NCBI GenBank assembly: GCA_031409275.1
Contig: JANNXA010000020.1
Location: forward strand, 1 to 64,000
Direction of reading: 5' to 3'
DNA length: 64,000 nt
From: Planctomycetota bacterium
Lineage (GTDB): Bacteria > Planctomycetota > B15-G4 > SIAN01
A program made the translations under genes and the position numbers. This document shows positions 51,650 through 62,846 of the stretch, in pieces. The notes under the pieces were generated by a model. It had not been told where the DNA came from. It ran no database searches and worked only from the letters and a program-made list of their open reading frames with translations. How positions within the stretch are numbered: position 1 is the first letter of the stretch; the number at the start of each line of letters is the position of its first letter.

Positions 51650-54375
51650 GTGGCGCCCTCGCCCAGATCGACCTTGAGGCGCACCGACAGATCGAGCGCG
51701 CCCTCCATGCAGCGCCGCGCGATCTCGCTGATCACGGCGCTCTCGCCCGGCGCGACGTCGAAGACGAGCTCGTCATGCACCTGCAGGATCATGCGCGAGG
51801 CGACCTTGGTGGCCGTCAGCTCGCGGTCGATCGCCAGCATCGCCCGCTTGATCAGGTCGGCGGCGGTCCCCTGGATCGGGGTGTTCACCGCCACGTTCTG
51901 CGCATTGGCGCGCAAGCGCGGGTCGGTGCTGGCGAGCTCGGGGATCGCTCGACGGCGACCGAGCAGCGTCGAGACGTAGCCGTTCGCTCGCGCCTGCTCC
52001 AACGTCGCGTCGAGCCAGCGGCGTACTCCGGTGAAGACCCCGAAGTAGCGCTCGATGAACTGCTGCGCTTCGCTGAAGGTGAGGCCGGTCTCGCGCGCGA
52101 GGCGCTGCGCGCCCATGCCGTAGATGATCCCGAAGTTGATGGCCTTGGCGCGCGTGCGCAATTCGGAAGTGACCTCGGCGACGGCGACGCCGAAGACGAG
52201 CGACGCAGTGCGGCGATGGACGTCCTCGTCGGCACGGAACGCAGCGAGCAGCTGCTCGTCCTGCGCCAGGTGGGCCAGCAAGCGCAGCTCGACCTGCGAG
52301 TAGTCGGCGGAGATCAGGGTTCCGCCGGCGAAGCTCGACGTGAACGCGCGGCGGATCTCGCGGCCGAGCGGCGTGCGGATCGGGATGTTCTGGAGGTTGG
52401 GGTCGGAACTCGACAGTCGGCCGGTCGCGGCGACCGCCTGGTTGAACGACGTGTGGAGCCGGCCGGTCTGGGGATGGACGAGCTTCGGCAGCGTCTCCAG
52501 ATAGGTCGAGCGCAGCTTCTCGACCTGGCGGTATTCGAGGACGAGCTTCACCAGCGGGTGGGCGTCGAGCAGTTCGAGCACTTCGGCGTTGGTGGAGAAG
52601 CCGGTCTCGGTGCGCGGCAGCTTCTTCACGCCCAGTTGCTCGTGGATCTTGAGCTTGTCGTAGAGGATGGCGGCGAGCTGCTGCGGCGACTTCACGTTGA
52701 ACGGTTCGCCGGCGAGTTCGTGAATCTGCTTCTCGAGCTCGACGGCGCGGGCCTGGCAGCGCACGTTCATCTCGGCCAGCGCTGCGACGTCCAGAGCGAC
52801 GCCAGCCGCCTCCATCCGACGCAGCACGTCGACGAGCGGCATCTCGAGCTGCTCGAACAACTCGACCTGACCCTGATCGTGGAGTTCGCGGCGCAGCGGT
52901 GCGACCAGGCGGAAGGTGAAGTCGGCGTCCTCGCAGGCGTACTCGCCGACCTTCTCGACATCGACCTGGTCCATCGTCACCTGCTTCTTGCCGCTGCCGA
53001 TCAGGTCGCTGGTCTTGATCTTCACATGCTTGAAATAGTGCAGCGACTGCGCGTCGAGCGAATGGCTCGCCGCGCCCGGCGCGACGCAGTAGTGCGCCAC
53101 CATGGTGTCGAAGACGAGGCCGGCCACCGGCAATCCCGCGCGCGCCAACACGTGCATGTCGTACTTGGCGTTCTGCCCCGCCTTGTGCACCGCGGGATCG
53201 GCGAGCAGCGCGCGCAGTTCCTGGTACGCGGCGTCCTGCTCGATCCCGCTCTTGCCGCTCGCAGCGGCAAACAGCCCGATGCCTGGCTCGCGGAACGGGA
53301 CGTAGATCGCCTCGCCGTCGGCGGCGCAGAGGCTGATGCCGACGAGTTCGGCGCGCAACGGATCGAGGCCGGTCGTCTCGGTATCGAAGACGACGAGCGG
53401 CGCGCGGCGCACGGCGGCGAGGCGCTGCGTGAGGTCGGCCCCGCCGCGTACCACGCGGTAGTCGCGGCGCAGCGCCGAGGTGGCGGCGCCGCCGTCCGGG
53501 ACGCGATCGAGCAGCGAGCTGAACTCGTAGAGCTGGAACAACTCGCGCGTGCGAACGGGGTCGGCGGGGCGGCGCGCGAGGTCGGCGATCTCGACACCGG
53601 CGGCGTGGTGACGGTGCAGCGTCACGAGTTCGCGTGAGAGGAGCGCGGAGTCGTGATGCTCCGCGAGGTTCTTCCGCAGCGCAGGCTTGGCCACTTCGTC
53701 GAGTCGCGCATACAGCGCGTCGAGGCTTCCGAACTGCTGAAGGAGCGCGACGGCGGTCTTCTCTCCCACCTTGGGTACGCCCGGCACGTTGTCCGACGCG
53801 TCCCCCATCAACGCGAGGTAGTCGACCACCTGGTCGGGGCGGACGCCGAGGCGCAGCGGGACCTCGTCGGGGCCGGTGAGCTCCGGCGGGCCGTCGCCCT
53901 TGGGGAAGCCGTAGAGCATCACCTGTGGCGTGACGAGCTGACAGAAGTCCTTGTCGCCGGAGACGATCCGGACCGTGAATCCGTCGTCGGCGGCGCGAGC
54001 GGCGAGTCCCGCGATGAGGTCATCGGCCTCGAGGCCGTCCTGTTCGATCCACGGCACCGCGAGCGCGGCGATCAGCTCACGCAGGGCCGGCAGCTGCGCC
54101 ACCAGCTCTTCCGGCATCTTCTGCCGCGTGGCCTTGTAGTCGGGGTAGCGCGCGTGGCGAAACGTCGGGGCGCTCGTGTCGAAGATGACCGCCAGATGAG
54201 TCGGGCGATCGCGTTCGAGGATGCGCAGCAACGCGCTCGTGAAGCCGAACAGTGCCGAAACGACCTCGCCTCGCTTCGTTACCAAAGGGTTGCGAATGAA
54301 GGCGAAGTGGGAGCGGTAGGCCAGCGCGGAGCCATCGATCAGGAAGAGCGTTCGGGGTTCCGACGAAGTCGTCAA
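51631..54375 (-). CDS. polA: DNA polymerase I
   Basis: LIDGS, EADD, DNVPGV, DTETT, TGRLSSSDPNLQNIP, ADYSQVELR, NFGIIYG, QVHDEL. TTG start is approximate. Confidence 0.97.
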   Translation of the reverse strand: MTTSSEPRTLFLIDGSALAYRSHFAFIRNPLVTKRGEVVSALFGFTSALLRILERDRPTHLAVIFDTSAPTFRHARYPDYKATRQKMPEELVAQLPALRELIAALAVPWIEQDGLEADDLIAGLAARAADDGFTVRIVSGDKDFCQLVTPQVMLYGFPKGDGPPELTGPDEVPLRLGVRPDQVVDYLALMGDASDNVPGVPKVGEKTAVALLQQFGSLDALYARLDEVAKPALRKNLAEHHDSALLSRELVTLHRHHAAGVEIADLARRPADPVRTRELFQLYEFSSLLDRVPDGGAATSALRRDYRVVRGGADLTQRLAAVRRAPLVVFDTETTGLDPLRAELVGISLCAADGEAIYVPFREPGIGLFAAASGKSGIEQDAAYQELRALLADPAVHKAGQNAKYDMHVLARAGLPVAGLVFDTMVAHYCVAPGAASHSLDAQSLHYFKHVKIKTSDLIGSGKKQVTMDQVDVEKVGEYACEDADFTFRLVAPLRRELHDQGQVELFEQLEMPLVDVLRRMEAAGVALDVAALAEMNVRCQARAVELEKQIHELAGEPFNVKSPQQLAAILYDKLKIHEQLGVKKLPRTETGFSTNAEVLELLDAHPLVKLVLEYRQVEKLRSTYLETLPKLVHPQTGRLHTSFNQAVAATGRLSSSDPNLQNIPIRTPLGREIRRAFTSSFAGGTLISADYSQVELRLLAHLAQDEQLLAAFRADEDVHRRTASLVFGVAVAEVTSELRTRAKAINFGIIYGMGAQRLARETGLTFSEAQQFIERYFGVFTGVRRWLDATLEQARANGYVSTLLGRRRAIPELASTDPRLRANAQNVAVNTPIQGTAADLIKRAMLAIDRELTATKVASRMILQVHDELVFDVAPGESAVISEIARRCMEGALDLSVRLKVDLGEGATWLDAH

Positions 54376-54711
54376 TGGGAGCTCTCGCGCAGTCAGGTGC
54401 GGTTCGACGGCGCAGCGGCCGACGTGGCGCGGGGAGTCTAGTCCGGGAGCGCGCGGCGGTCGCAACGCGGGGTCCCGCGACCCGCGGCCCCTTCGGTGCG
54501 GCAACTTGTCCCAAGGATCACTAAGGGAAATCTATTGCCGTCACCAGCCGCGCGATGCGCATCTACAGCGCGGAGGCACCGCGTCTACTGCTGCCCAGCG
54601 TGGAGCGGGTGCCAACGCGGGTCGCGCGACCATTCCGCGACCCCGCCGCCGAAGTCGGCCGCGAATTACGCGGAACTTTCAAGGGGGTACAGCCCATCCA
54701 AGGGTTGGAAG

Positions 54712-54728
54712 TTGGCCTGAGCTTTGCC
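54712..54728 (+). promoter_or_regulatory. Putative sigma54 (-24/-12) promoter
   Basis: TTGGCCTGAGCTTTGC has GG-N10-GC spacing with TGGC and TTGC boxes, inside a ~570-bp intergenic region. Confidence 0.55.
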
Positions 54729-54946
54729 AACGACGCATCGCGCACACAACACTCACCGGCGTCGGACGTATCGGTCGGTGCGAATCAGTTCATCGGGAAG
54801 AGGGAATCGAAGAGGGAGGGTGCTGACCCAACGCAACATCGAGACGGCAACTGGGAAGCGTCGGCCGGACCCTTCGGTCGTCGCAAGGCAGTGGCGTGTG
54901 CGCACACACGCCGACCGGGCTCGTTTGCCGGAAAGAAGAGACTGCC

Positions 54947-55189
54947 ATGGCGACCGCGCAGTTGTACGTCGGGAGGGTGGGGGCGATGGCGATGCGGCCA
55001 ATGGACTGCGCGTGCAGCATTCTGAACGCGCGCGAAGAGAAGTTGATGGACGACGACGGGCGTGTCCAGGTGCGGCTGATCTGCAACCGCTGCAGCTCGG
55101 TCCTCGACTCTGAGATCGTCGGACTTCCGGCGCAGCGGCGCCCGTTCGCGAAGTCGCGCGCGGAGGCGGAAGCTGCGGAGGGCAGCTGA
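54947..55189 (+). CDS. Small Cys-rich (CxC...CxxC) putative metal-binding protein, 80 aa
   Basis: DCACS...ICNRCS; purine-rich sequence before the ATG. Downstream ATGs are alternative starts. Confidence 0.6.
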   Translation: MATAQLYVGRVGAMAMRPMDCACSILNAREEKLMDDDGRVQVRLICNRCSSVLDSEIVGLPAQRRPFAKSRAEAEAAEGS

Positions 55190-55293
55190 CGTCTAAGCTC
55201 ACCTTGGGGCCGATCGATCCGCATGACGTGATCGATCGAGCTGCGATCGTCTTGGCGCCGCGCTCCTTGCGCCATGGACCCAGGTGATGACGC

Positions 55294-55902
55294 TTGCGAA
55301 AACTGATCTGGCCCGCGGCCGGTGCGGTCGCGCTCCTTTTGGCGTTTCTCGCGTTTCGAGCGTGGAACACGGGACGACAGGAGTCGGCGGCCGTCGATGC
55401 CATCGTCGCGCGCGCCCGCGACTTCGCTGCCGATCCTGAACGGCTTTCCCAAGCTCGTGTCGAACTCGATGTCGCGCTCAAGCGCGATCCGAATCACATC
55501 GAGGCGCTCGTCTTGCGCGGCGAGGTTCTGCTGCGCCTCGCCTTGCTCGACGAGGCAGAGGCCGATCTTGCGCGCGCGCTGAAAAGCACGACCGGCGAGC
55601 GGCACGCGCAAGCGCAGCTCTTCCTCGGCCGCGTGCACGCCTCTCGCTATCGCGGCTCGCAGTCGGACGATGACTTCCGCGGCGCTCGCAACGCCTTCCT
55701 CGCCGCTCAGCAGTCGGCAGCGACCAAGCCCGCCGCCATGGAGGGATTCGCGCTGTTGTTCCTCGAGAAGGGGCGCAACCGCGACGTCGACAAGGCACTT
55801 GACCTGTTGCGCCAACTCGTCGCGCAGCACGCCGACAGCGAAGAAGCGGGCTACGCGAAGGAACTGCTCGAGCAGATGGGGCGGTCGTCGAGCGGCGATT
55901 GA
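55294..55902 (+). CDS. Membrane-anchored TPR-repeat protein
   Basis: N-terminal TM helix; TPR-like ALKRDPNHIEALVLRGEV and AQLFLGRV. Confidence 0.8.
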   Translation: MRKLIWPAAGAVALLLAFLAFRAWNTGRQESAAVDAIVARARDFAADPERLSQARVELDVALKRDPNHIEALVLRGEVLLRLALLDEAEADLARALKSTTGERHAQAQLFLGRVHASRYRGSQSDDDFRGARNAFLAAQQSAATKPAAMEGFALLFLEKGRNRDVDKALDLLRQLVAQHADSEEAGYAKELLEQMGRSSSGD

Positions 55903-56013
55903 GGGCGCGTCCGCGCCGCCGTTCCTTGCACGGCTTTCTTCGCGCTCCTACCATCGGCGCTCGCGATCGTTGGCGCGGTGCCACGCGCATCGAGCGTTGC
56001 GGAGGCCGTCGCC

Positions 56014-56580
56014 GTGGCTTGGTACGAACTCGTTCTATTCGCCGCGGTGGTGTGCGGACTGCTCTGGGTGATCACGGCAGTGCAGCGGCTTCGCACGCTG
56101 ACGCACTCTTTGTCGACATTGCCCAAATTGGACGACCTGCGCGCACTGGTCGAACAGGTCCAATCCAACGAGCGGATCCGCCCTCTCGAAGAGGCGATGC
56201 GCCGCATCGGCGATCAGCTCGCGCGGCAGCCAGCGCCGGTCGAGCTGAAGGACCTGCTCCCGATTCAAGAGCGGGTCGAACTCCTCGCCCGTCAGATCGA
56301 GGAGTTGCGCCTTCACGTCGTCGAACTGCGCTCCCGCGCGCCGACCTCGCAGAGCGCGACTCCCGTTGCACCCGGCACGCGCCTGCTGCGTGCGCTCGAG
56401 GAGCGCGGCTTCGAGCGCGTCCATATCCTCGGCGAGATCGTCGCTGAGGAGGGCGGGGATCTGCGCCGGGTGCCGGTGGAGGCGCATCGCGCCGGAATGT
56501 CCTTCAAGGGCTACGTCACAGTCGAGGATGGGCAGCTCGTCGAGGTGGCCTTGAAGCCGCTGACCGAGATCTTCCCGTAG
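56014..56580 (+). CDS. Hypothetical membrane-anchored coiled-coil protein
   Basis: GGAGG RBS before GTG, TM helix, heptad region, small C-terminal alpha/beta domain. Confidence 0.65.
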   Translation: MAWYELVLFAAVVCGLLWVITAVQRLRTLTHSLSTLPKLDDLRALVEQVQSNERIRPLEEAMRRIGDQLARQPAPVELKDLLPIQERVELLARQIEELRLHVVELRSRAPTSQSATPVAPGTRLLRALEERGFERVHILGEIVAEEGGDLRRVPVEAHRAGMSFKGYVTVEDGQLVEVALKPLTEIFP

Positions 56581-56591
56581 AGAGAGCACGA

Positions 56592-57917
<1,326 letters not shown>

Positions 57918-57954
57918 GCGACGGCAGCGGGCACGCGCCGTCGGCGAGGTCGCG

Positions 57955-59247
57955 ATGCGTCGTCTGATCCGCGACTTCGCTTTGAACGAGCGCGGCACTC
58001 TCGCCGGGCGCGTCTTCGGGTTCGCGAGTTTCGACCCGTCGCGTGCGCCGTTCACGCTGGGCGACGCGTCGGGCGTGGTCAGCGTCCACTTCAGCGGCGA
58101 CCTGCCGCCGCTCGGCGCGCTGGTCGAGGTCGACGGCATGTTCGAGAAGCGAGGCTTCGTCGCCACCGCCGTTCGAGTGGTCGCGCGACCGACGTTGCGG
58201 CCAGCCGACTCGCCCGAGTGGCGCGCGCGCGACCTCGTGGCCCTGCGCCGAGAGCTCGCGGCGCGCGATCAGTTGCTGCGATCGGTGCGCGCTTTCTTCC
58301 ACGCGCGCGACTTCCTCGAGGTCGAGACGCCGACGCTGCTCGCCGCACCCGGCCAGGAACCTCATCTCCTGCCGTTCCAGACGGCGTTCCACGACGGTGG
58401 CGGCGCTCGCCGGCTCTGGCTTGCGACTTCGCCCGAGTACGCGATGAAGCGGCTCCTCGCGCTCGGCGTCGAACGCTGCTTCCAGCTCGGGCGTTGCTAC
58501 CGCGACGGACGCGACGAGCATTCGCCGCTGCATTCGCCCGAGTTCACCATGGTCGAGTGGTACCGGGCCTGGGAGCCGCTCGAAGCGATCGGCCGCGACG
58601 TCGGCGAACTCCTCGCCGCTGCGGCTCGGCCAGAGCTCGGCGGTGGCACGGTCATCACTCGCGGTGGATCGCACTGCGACCTCGGCGCGCCGCCGCGCTG
58701 GTGGCCGGTCGTGGACGCATTTGCCGAGCTTGCCGGCGTCGACCTCGCGCCCTACCTCGACGGTGACGACGCCGCATTCGTCGAGTCGTTGCCGGCGGCG
58801 ATCCGACGCGTCGGCGCCACCCTTCGCGAGCAGGCCGACTCCGCCTATTTCCGTCTCATGATCGAGCGCGTCGAGCCGCAGCTCGGGGTCGAGGTGCCGA
58901 CGTTGCTCTGCCGCTACCCGGCTCGCCACGCAGCGCTGGCCGAGCTGTGCGCCGACGACCCGCGCGTCGCCAACCGCTTCGAGGGCTACGTGCTCGGCAT
59001 CGAGCTTTGCAACGCGTTCCAGGAACTGCGCGATGCCGACGAGCAGGAGCGGCGCCTGCGCGCCGAGCAGGTCGAACGGGTGGCGGCGGGTGGCGAAGCG
59101 CTGCCGATCAGCGAGCCGTTCTTGCGTGCGCTGCGCAGCGGCCTGCCGCCATGCGCCGGCGTCGCTCTTGGCGTCGATCGGCTCCACCTGCTGATCCGCG
59201 GCGCTGCGACGTTGCGCGACGTGCAGCCGTTCCCGTTCGGCGAGTGA
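57955..59247 (+). CDS. epmA: EF-P lysine aminoacylase EpmA/GenX with extra N-terminal OB-fold-like domain
   Basis: FLEVETP, LATSPEYAMKRLL, HSPEFTMVEWY, RFE, ELCNAFQEL, GLPPCAGVALGVDRL. Confidence 0.88.
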   Translation: MRRLIRDFALNERGTLAGRVFGFASFDPSRAPFTLGDASGVVSVHFSGDLPPLGALVEVDGMFEKRGFVATAVRVVARPTLRPADSPEWRARDLVALRRELAARDQLLRSVRAFFHARDFLEVETPTLLAAPGQEPHLLPFQTAFHDGGGARRLWLATSPEYAMKRLLALGVERCFQLGRCYRDGRDEHSPLHSPEFTMVEWYRAWEPLEAIGRDVGELLAAAARPELGGGTVITRGGSHCDLGAPPRWWPVVDAFAELAGVDLAPYLDGDDAAFVESLPAAIRRVGATLREQADSAYFRLMIERVEPQLGVEVPTLLCRYPARHAALAELCADDPRVANRFEGYVLGIELCNAFQELRDADEQERRLRAEQVERVAAGGEALPISEPFLRALRSGLPPCAGVALGVDRLHLLIRGAATLRDVQPFPFGE

Positions 59248-59367
59248 GAGCGCCCGAGCTTCGGCAGCCGCTCTGACCCGGGCGACGGCGCGTCACCGCG
59301 TCCCCTGAGCGACGACTCCTTGGCATCGGCGCCGCATGGGGCGTGCGTCGACTTCAAGGAGACGGAC

Positions 59368-60579
59368 GTGGTGGGATCCAATTTCAAGGGAATGGGCGCG
59401 ACCGGAGTCGTCGCATTCGCCGCGATGGTGGCGATGGGCGCGCCGGTGCCGGCGCAGGAGAGCGTGATCTTCTCGCTCACCTCGTCGGGCACGGCGCCGT
59501 TCGGGACGCTCGCCGACACCGAGATGGCGCTGTTCGATCCGCAGTTCGGCGCGTGCCGGCCGTGGTGCTCGATCGCGTCGGCCGCCTTCTTCGCGGGCGA
59601 TCTCGATGGCGATGGCGTGACCGACGAGTGGAAGGATGTCGACGCGATCCACGTCGAGCAGGTTGGCGGTCGCGTCACCGAGCTCTACGTCTCGTTCAAC
59701 TCGACCACGGGACCTTGGCTCGACGGCGACATCGTGCGCGTCCTGCCGAATGGCTCGCTCGCCCTTGCGTGGTCGGAGGCGCGTCTCATCGCCGACTTCG
59801 GGCTGACTGACGGTCAGATGGACGTCGACGGCATGCACCTCGGCAGTGACGGTCGCCTCTTCGTCAGCTTCTCCGACGACGAGGCCTCTTCGATCCTGTC
59901 GACGGACGTCGCCGGCGTGATCACGGATGGCTCGATCGTGTCGTGGGACGGCTCGAAGCCGCTTGCCGCCGTCGAAGTCACCGAGGCTGGAATCGACGGC
60001 TTCGTGAGCCACGCGCTCGGGAAGAACGTGAAGACGGGCGACACGCTCTCCGTCGCGATGGACGTGAACGGCGTCCTGGCGTTCACGGTGCAGTCGCCGT
60101 CGAGCGACGACGCGACGGTCTTCCGCGTCAGCAATGGCGGCGAGATCGTCGTCTCCGAAACGCAGCTCGGCCTCACCGGTGCGCCCGAGATCGACGCGCT
60201 CGAACTGGTGGATGCGCCGGTGCCGTTCCTGGCGACGCGCGTCTCCCCTCGCTCGGTGCCGGCCAACGTCTCCGCGCAGATCTCGCTCGACGGTGCCGCG
60301 AATCACGCGTTCGTGGTGACCCTGGCGCTGGCGCGCGGCGACGCCGCGAACCTTCCCGCCGACGGATTCGTCGGGCTCTTCCTCGATCCGATCGACCCGC
60401 TCTTCTCCGCATCGCTCGCCGATTTCACCTTCACCTACGGAGTGACCGACGGGGCCGGCCAGGGCACGCTGCAGTTCGACCCGGCGCCGCCGGGGATCAC
60501 GCTGACGCTCTATGCGCAGGCGTACGACTTCGATGGCCACACCTTCGGGATGCCGCTGGCCCTCGAGCTTGAAGGCTGA
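59368..60579 (+). CDS. Secreted acidic repeat (propeller-like) protein with C-terminal beta-sandwich
   Basis: AAGGAG RBS, signal ending VPA-Q, repeated D(V/I)D(A/G) motifs, DLDGDG, C-terminal TLYAQAYD. Confidence 0.7.
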   Translation: MVGSNFKGMGATGVVAFAAMVAMGAPVPAQESVIFSLTSSGTAPFGTLADTEMALFDPQFGACRPWCSIASAAFFAGDLDGDGVTDEWKDVDAIHVEQVGGRVTELYVSFNSTTGPWLDGDIVRVLPNGSLALAWSEARLIADFGLTDGQMDVDGMHLGSDGRLFVSFSDDEASSILSTDVAGVITDGSIVSWDGSKPLAAVEVTEAGIDGFVSHALGKNVKTGDTLSVAMDVNGVLAFTVQSPSSDDATVFRVSNGGEIVVSETQLGLTGAPEIDALELVDAPVPFLATRVSPRSVPANVSAQISLDGAANHAFVVTLALARGDAANLPADGFVGLFLDPIDPLFSASLADFTFTYGVTDGAGQGTLQFDPAPPGITLTLYAQAYDFDGHTFGMPLALELEG

Positions 60580-60777
60580 AGCCGCACGCGTTCGGCGCGT
60601 TTGACCGATCGGAACTCGGAAACGGACTCCAGCCGTCCGGGCGGGACCTGCTCCGCCCGGGCGGTTCCCGGGACCGCGCGATTGCCGTTCGCCCTGGCAC
60701 CACTAACCTCGCACGCGCTACAGGACGAAAGAAGCGGGAGAGTTCTTTCGCGTCTCGCGATGCGAGGTGCAATCGAC

Positions 60778-62451
60778 GTGAAGTCGCGCGCGATCATCTG
60801 GGTCGTCGGAGTCGTCGCCGTGGCGGGCTGGTCCGCCTCGGCTCGAGACGATTTCCTGCGCGCGACGAGCCGCGACCTGAGCGTGAAGGAACGGCAAGCG
60901 CTCGCGACCCGCATCGAAGAGCTCGGGTCGGCCGACCCGTTGGTTCGGCAACGTTCGGTGCGCCGACTCGTCGCGATCGGCCAGCCCGCGGTGGCGGAAC
61001 TGCTCGAAGTGTTGCGTCACGGTTCCGAGCCAAAGCAGGTGCGCAACGCCTGTCTTGCGCTTGGCGCGCTCGGTGATGCGACGTCGCTCGCGCTGCTCGA
61101 GCGTTGGTTGCTCGAAGAGGCGCGCAGCGAAGAGCCGTCGCGAACGGCGCTTCTCGCTCTCGCGCGCGGGCGCACCCCGCTGTCGCTCGACTTCTCCGCG
61201 GCCTTGCGTCGCCTTGCACTCGATGCTCCGTTGGCGACCGTGCGCGAGTCCGCCCTGCTCTGCGCGGGCGCGCGCCGAATCGGCGGGATCGCCTCCCTCT
61301 TGCAGGGGCCTTTGCAGTCCGAGCGAAGCGCGCGCGTGCGCGGCTGCATGCTCGTGGCTCTGGCGGAATCGGGGGACGCGGCAGGGGCCGCGCAACTGCC
61401 CCGCTTCCTCGACGGCCGCCAAGGGCGTGACCCGAAGCTGCGCCGAGCGGCGCTCTACGCCGCTTCGCGGTTGGGCGATCCGTTGCTGCTGCCGGTGCTC
61501 CTGCGGTTCGAGCCCGATCGCTTCGAGGTCGGGGAGTTCGCGCTCGCGTTGGGCGCGTTCGCGGAGCCGGCGGTCGTGGATCGGCTCGGTGATCTCCTGC
61601 GGCACCATCGGGAGAGCGCCGCCGTCGCGGTCTATTCCCTCGCGCAGATCGCGACGCCCGAGGCGAAAGCGTGGCTCGAACGCGCGTTGCAGGGGGAGTT
61701 CTCCGAGGTCGTGCGCAGCGCGGCCGCGCTCTCGGTCGCCGATCTGGTCGACCAGCAGCGTTTCCTGCGCCATCTTCGAACGATCGCGCTTGGGCCCACC
61801 GGCGTGCCGGGCAAGGCGGCGGCGCTGCTCGCTCTGGCACGCATCGGCGACGCCGAAGCGGCGGCGTCGGTCGCGGACGCATTGCCGCTCTGGCGGGATG
61901 CGCCGCTGGTCGAGCGTGGGCTGCTGCTCTGCGCCCTGACCTTGGAGCGGCCGGTCGAGGAGCTGCTTCCGGCCGCTCGGCGCGACACTGTCCCCGATCT
62001 CTGGCGCGTCGCCGCCGAGATCCAAGCGGGCACCCGCGACACGCGGCTCCTGCGCGAGCGCGTGGCCGAACAGCTCACGGCGTCACGCGGCCACTGGCTG
62101 CTGGCGCGCGACGATCTGCGGATGGCGGTTCTGCGGGATCTGCTGGAACTGGACCGCGACCTGCCACGCGAGCGACGCGCCGACTCGCCGGACGGAGGTT
62201 TCGGCGAGTTGCCCTCTTCGCCGCCGCCTGCAAGCGGTGGATCGGGGGAGGGCGGCGACGCGGGCGGAGGCGGGGACGGCGGGGCGAGCGATGAGCCTGA
62301 CCCGCCGCGCGTGGGCGATCCGCCGGGCAGCGCCGTGCCGGGGGTGTCGCAGCGGCGCGGCCGCCGGGATCCCAATCGCATCGAACTCGACCTGCGCGCC
62401 TGGCTCAGCGACTTCTCGCCGTTCGATACGGCGGACCCCTTCGCGCGTTGA
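60778..62451 (+). CDS. Exported HEAT/PBS-repeat protein
   Basis: Signal peptide ending ASA; repeated VR..A..ALG.LGD motifs; Gly/Pro-rich tail. Confidence 0.75.
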   Translation: MKSRAIIWVVGVVAVAGWSASARDDFLRATSRDLSVKERQALATRIEELGSADPLVRQRSVRRLVAIGQPAVAELLEVLRHGSEPKQVRNACLALGALGDATSLALLERWLLEEARSEEPSRTALLALARGRTPLSLDFSAALRRLALDAPLATVRESALLCAGARRIGGIASLLQGPLQSERSARVRGCMLVALAESGDAAGAAQLPRFLDGRQGRDPKLRRAALYAASRLGDPLLLPVLLRFEPDRFEVGEFALALGAFAEPAVVDRLGDLLRHHRESAAVAVYSLAQIATPEAKAWLERALQGEFSEVVRSAAALSVADLVDQQRFLRHLRTIALGPTGVPGKAAALLALARIGDAEAAASVADALPLWRDAPLVERGLLLCALTLERPVEELLPAARRDTVPDLWRVAAEIQAGTRDTRLLRERVAEQLTASRGHWLLARDDLRMAVLRDLLELDRDLPRERRADSPDGGFGELPSSPPPASGGSGEGGDAGGGGDGGASDEPDPPRVGDPPGSAVPGVSQRRGRRDPNRIELDLRAWLSDFSPFDTADPFAR

Positions 62452-62545
62452 CCCGCGGCACGGATCGTCGAACGCCGGATAACTTTCGTGCTCGCGCTGG
62501 TGGGACCGCCGCCGGCCGCCCCGAAGAGCGACGGAGAATTCCTCG

Positions 62546-62782
62546 ATGGCCGCGATCAAGCAGCAGATCTATTGCACCTTCCCCAAGGAGAAGATCCGCG
62601 ATCCGGTGCTCTACATGCTCGGGAAGAAGTTCAACGTGATCCCGAACATCCGCGGCGCGACCATCAACGACGAGATGGGGATCGTCTTCCTCGAGCTCGA
62701 GGGCGAGTCGGATGAGGTCGAGAAGGCGGTCGCCTACCTGCGCGCGAGCCACGTGCGCGTCGATTCCGTGAAGGCGGGCTGA
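62546..62782 (+). CDS. Stand-alone NIL-domain protein
   Basis: FP...I.DPV.Y.L.KKF.V.PNIRGA.I....G...LELEG. Confidence 0.85.
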   Translation: MAAIKQQIYCTFPKEKIRDPVLYMLGKKFNVIPNIRGATINDEMGIVFLELEGESDEVEKAVAYLRASHVRVDSVKAG

Positions 62783-62788
62783 ACGCAA

Positions 62789-62818
62789 GCGGCCGCGCCT
62801 TTTCAGGGGCGCGGCCGC
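62789..62818. terminator. Hairpin between convergent genes, likely bidirectional terminator
   Basis: GCGGCCGCGCC-TTTTCAGG-GGCGCGGCCGC, an 11-bp perfect stem. Confidence 0.7.
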
Positions 62819-62846
62819 GATCTGAGCTCGTTGCGAAGTCGAGGGT

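Noticed and set aside
54770..54946. Cobalamin riboswitch (AAGAGGGAA, CGCAAC, ACTGGGAAG, GAGACTGCC fragments)
   Set aside because: The fragments resemble B12-element motifs, but the CGGTG..AATC element lies before rather than after GGGAA and the downstream gene is not B12-related. It cannot be called without an Infernal scan.
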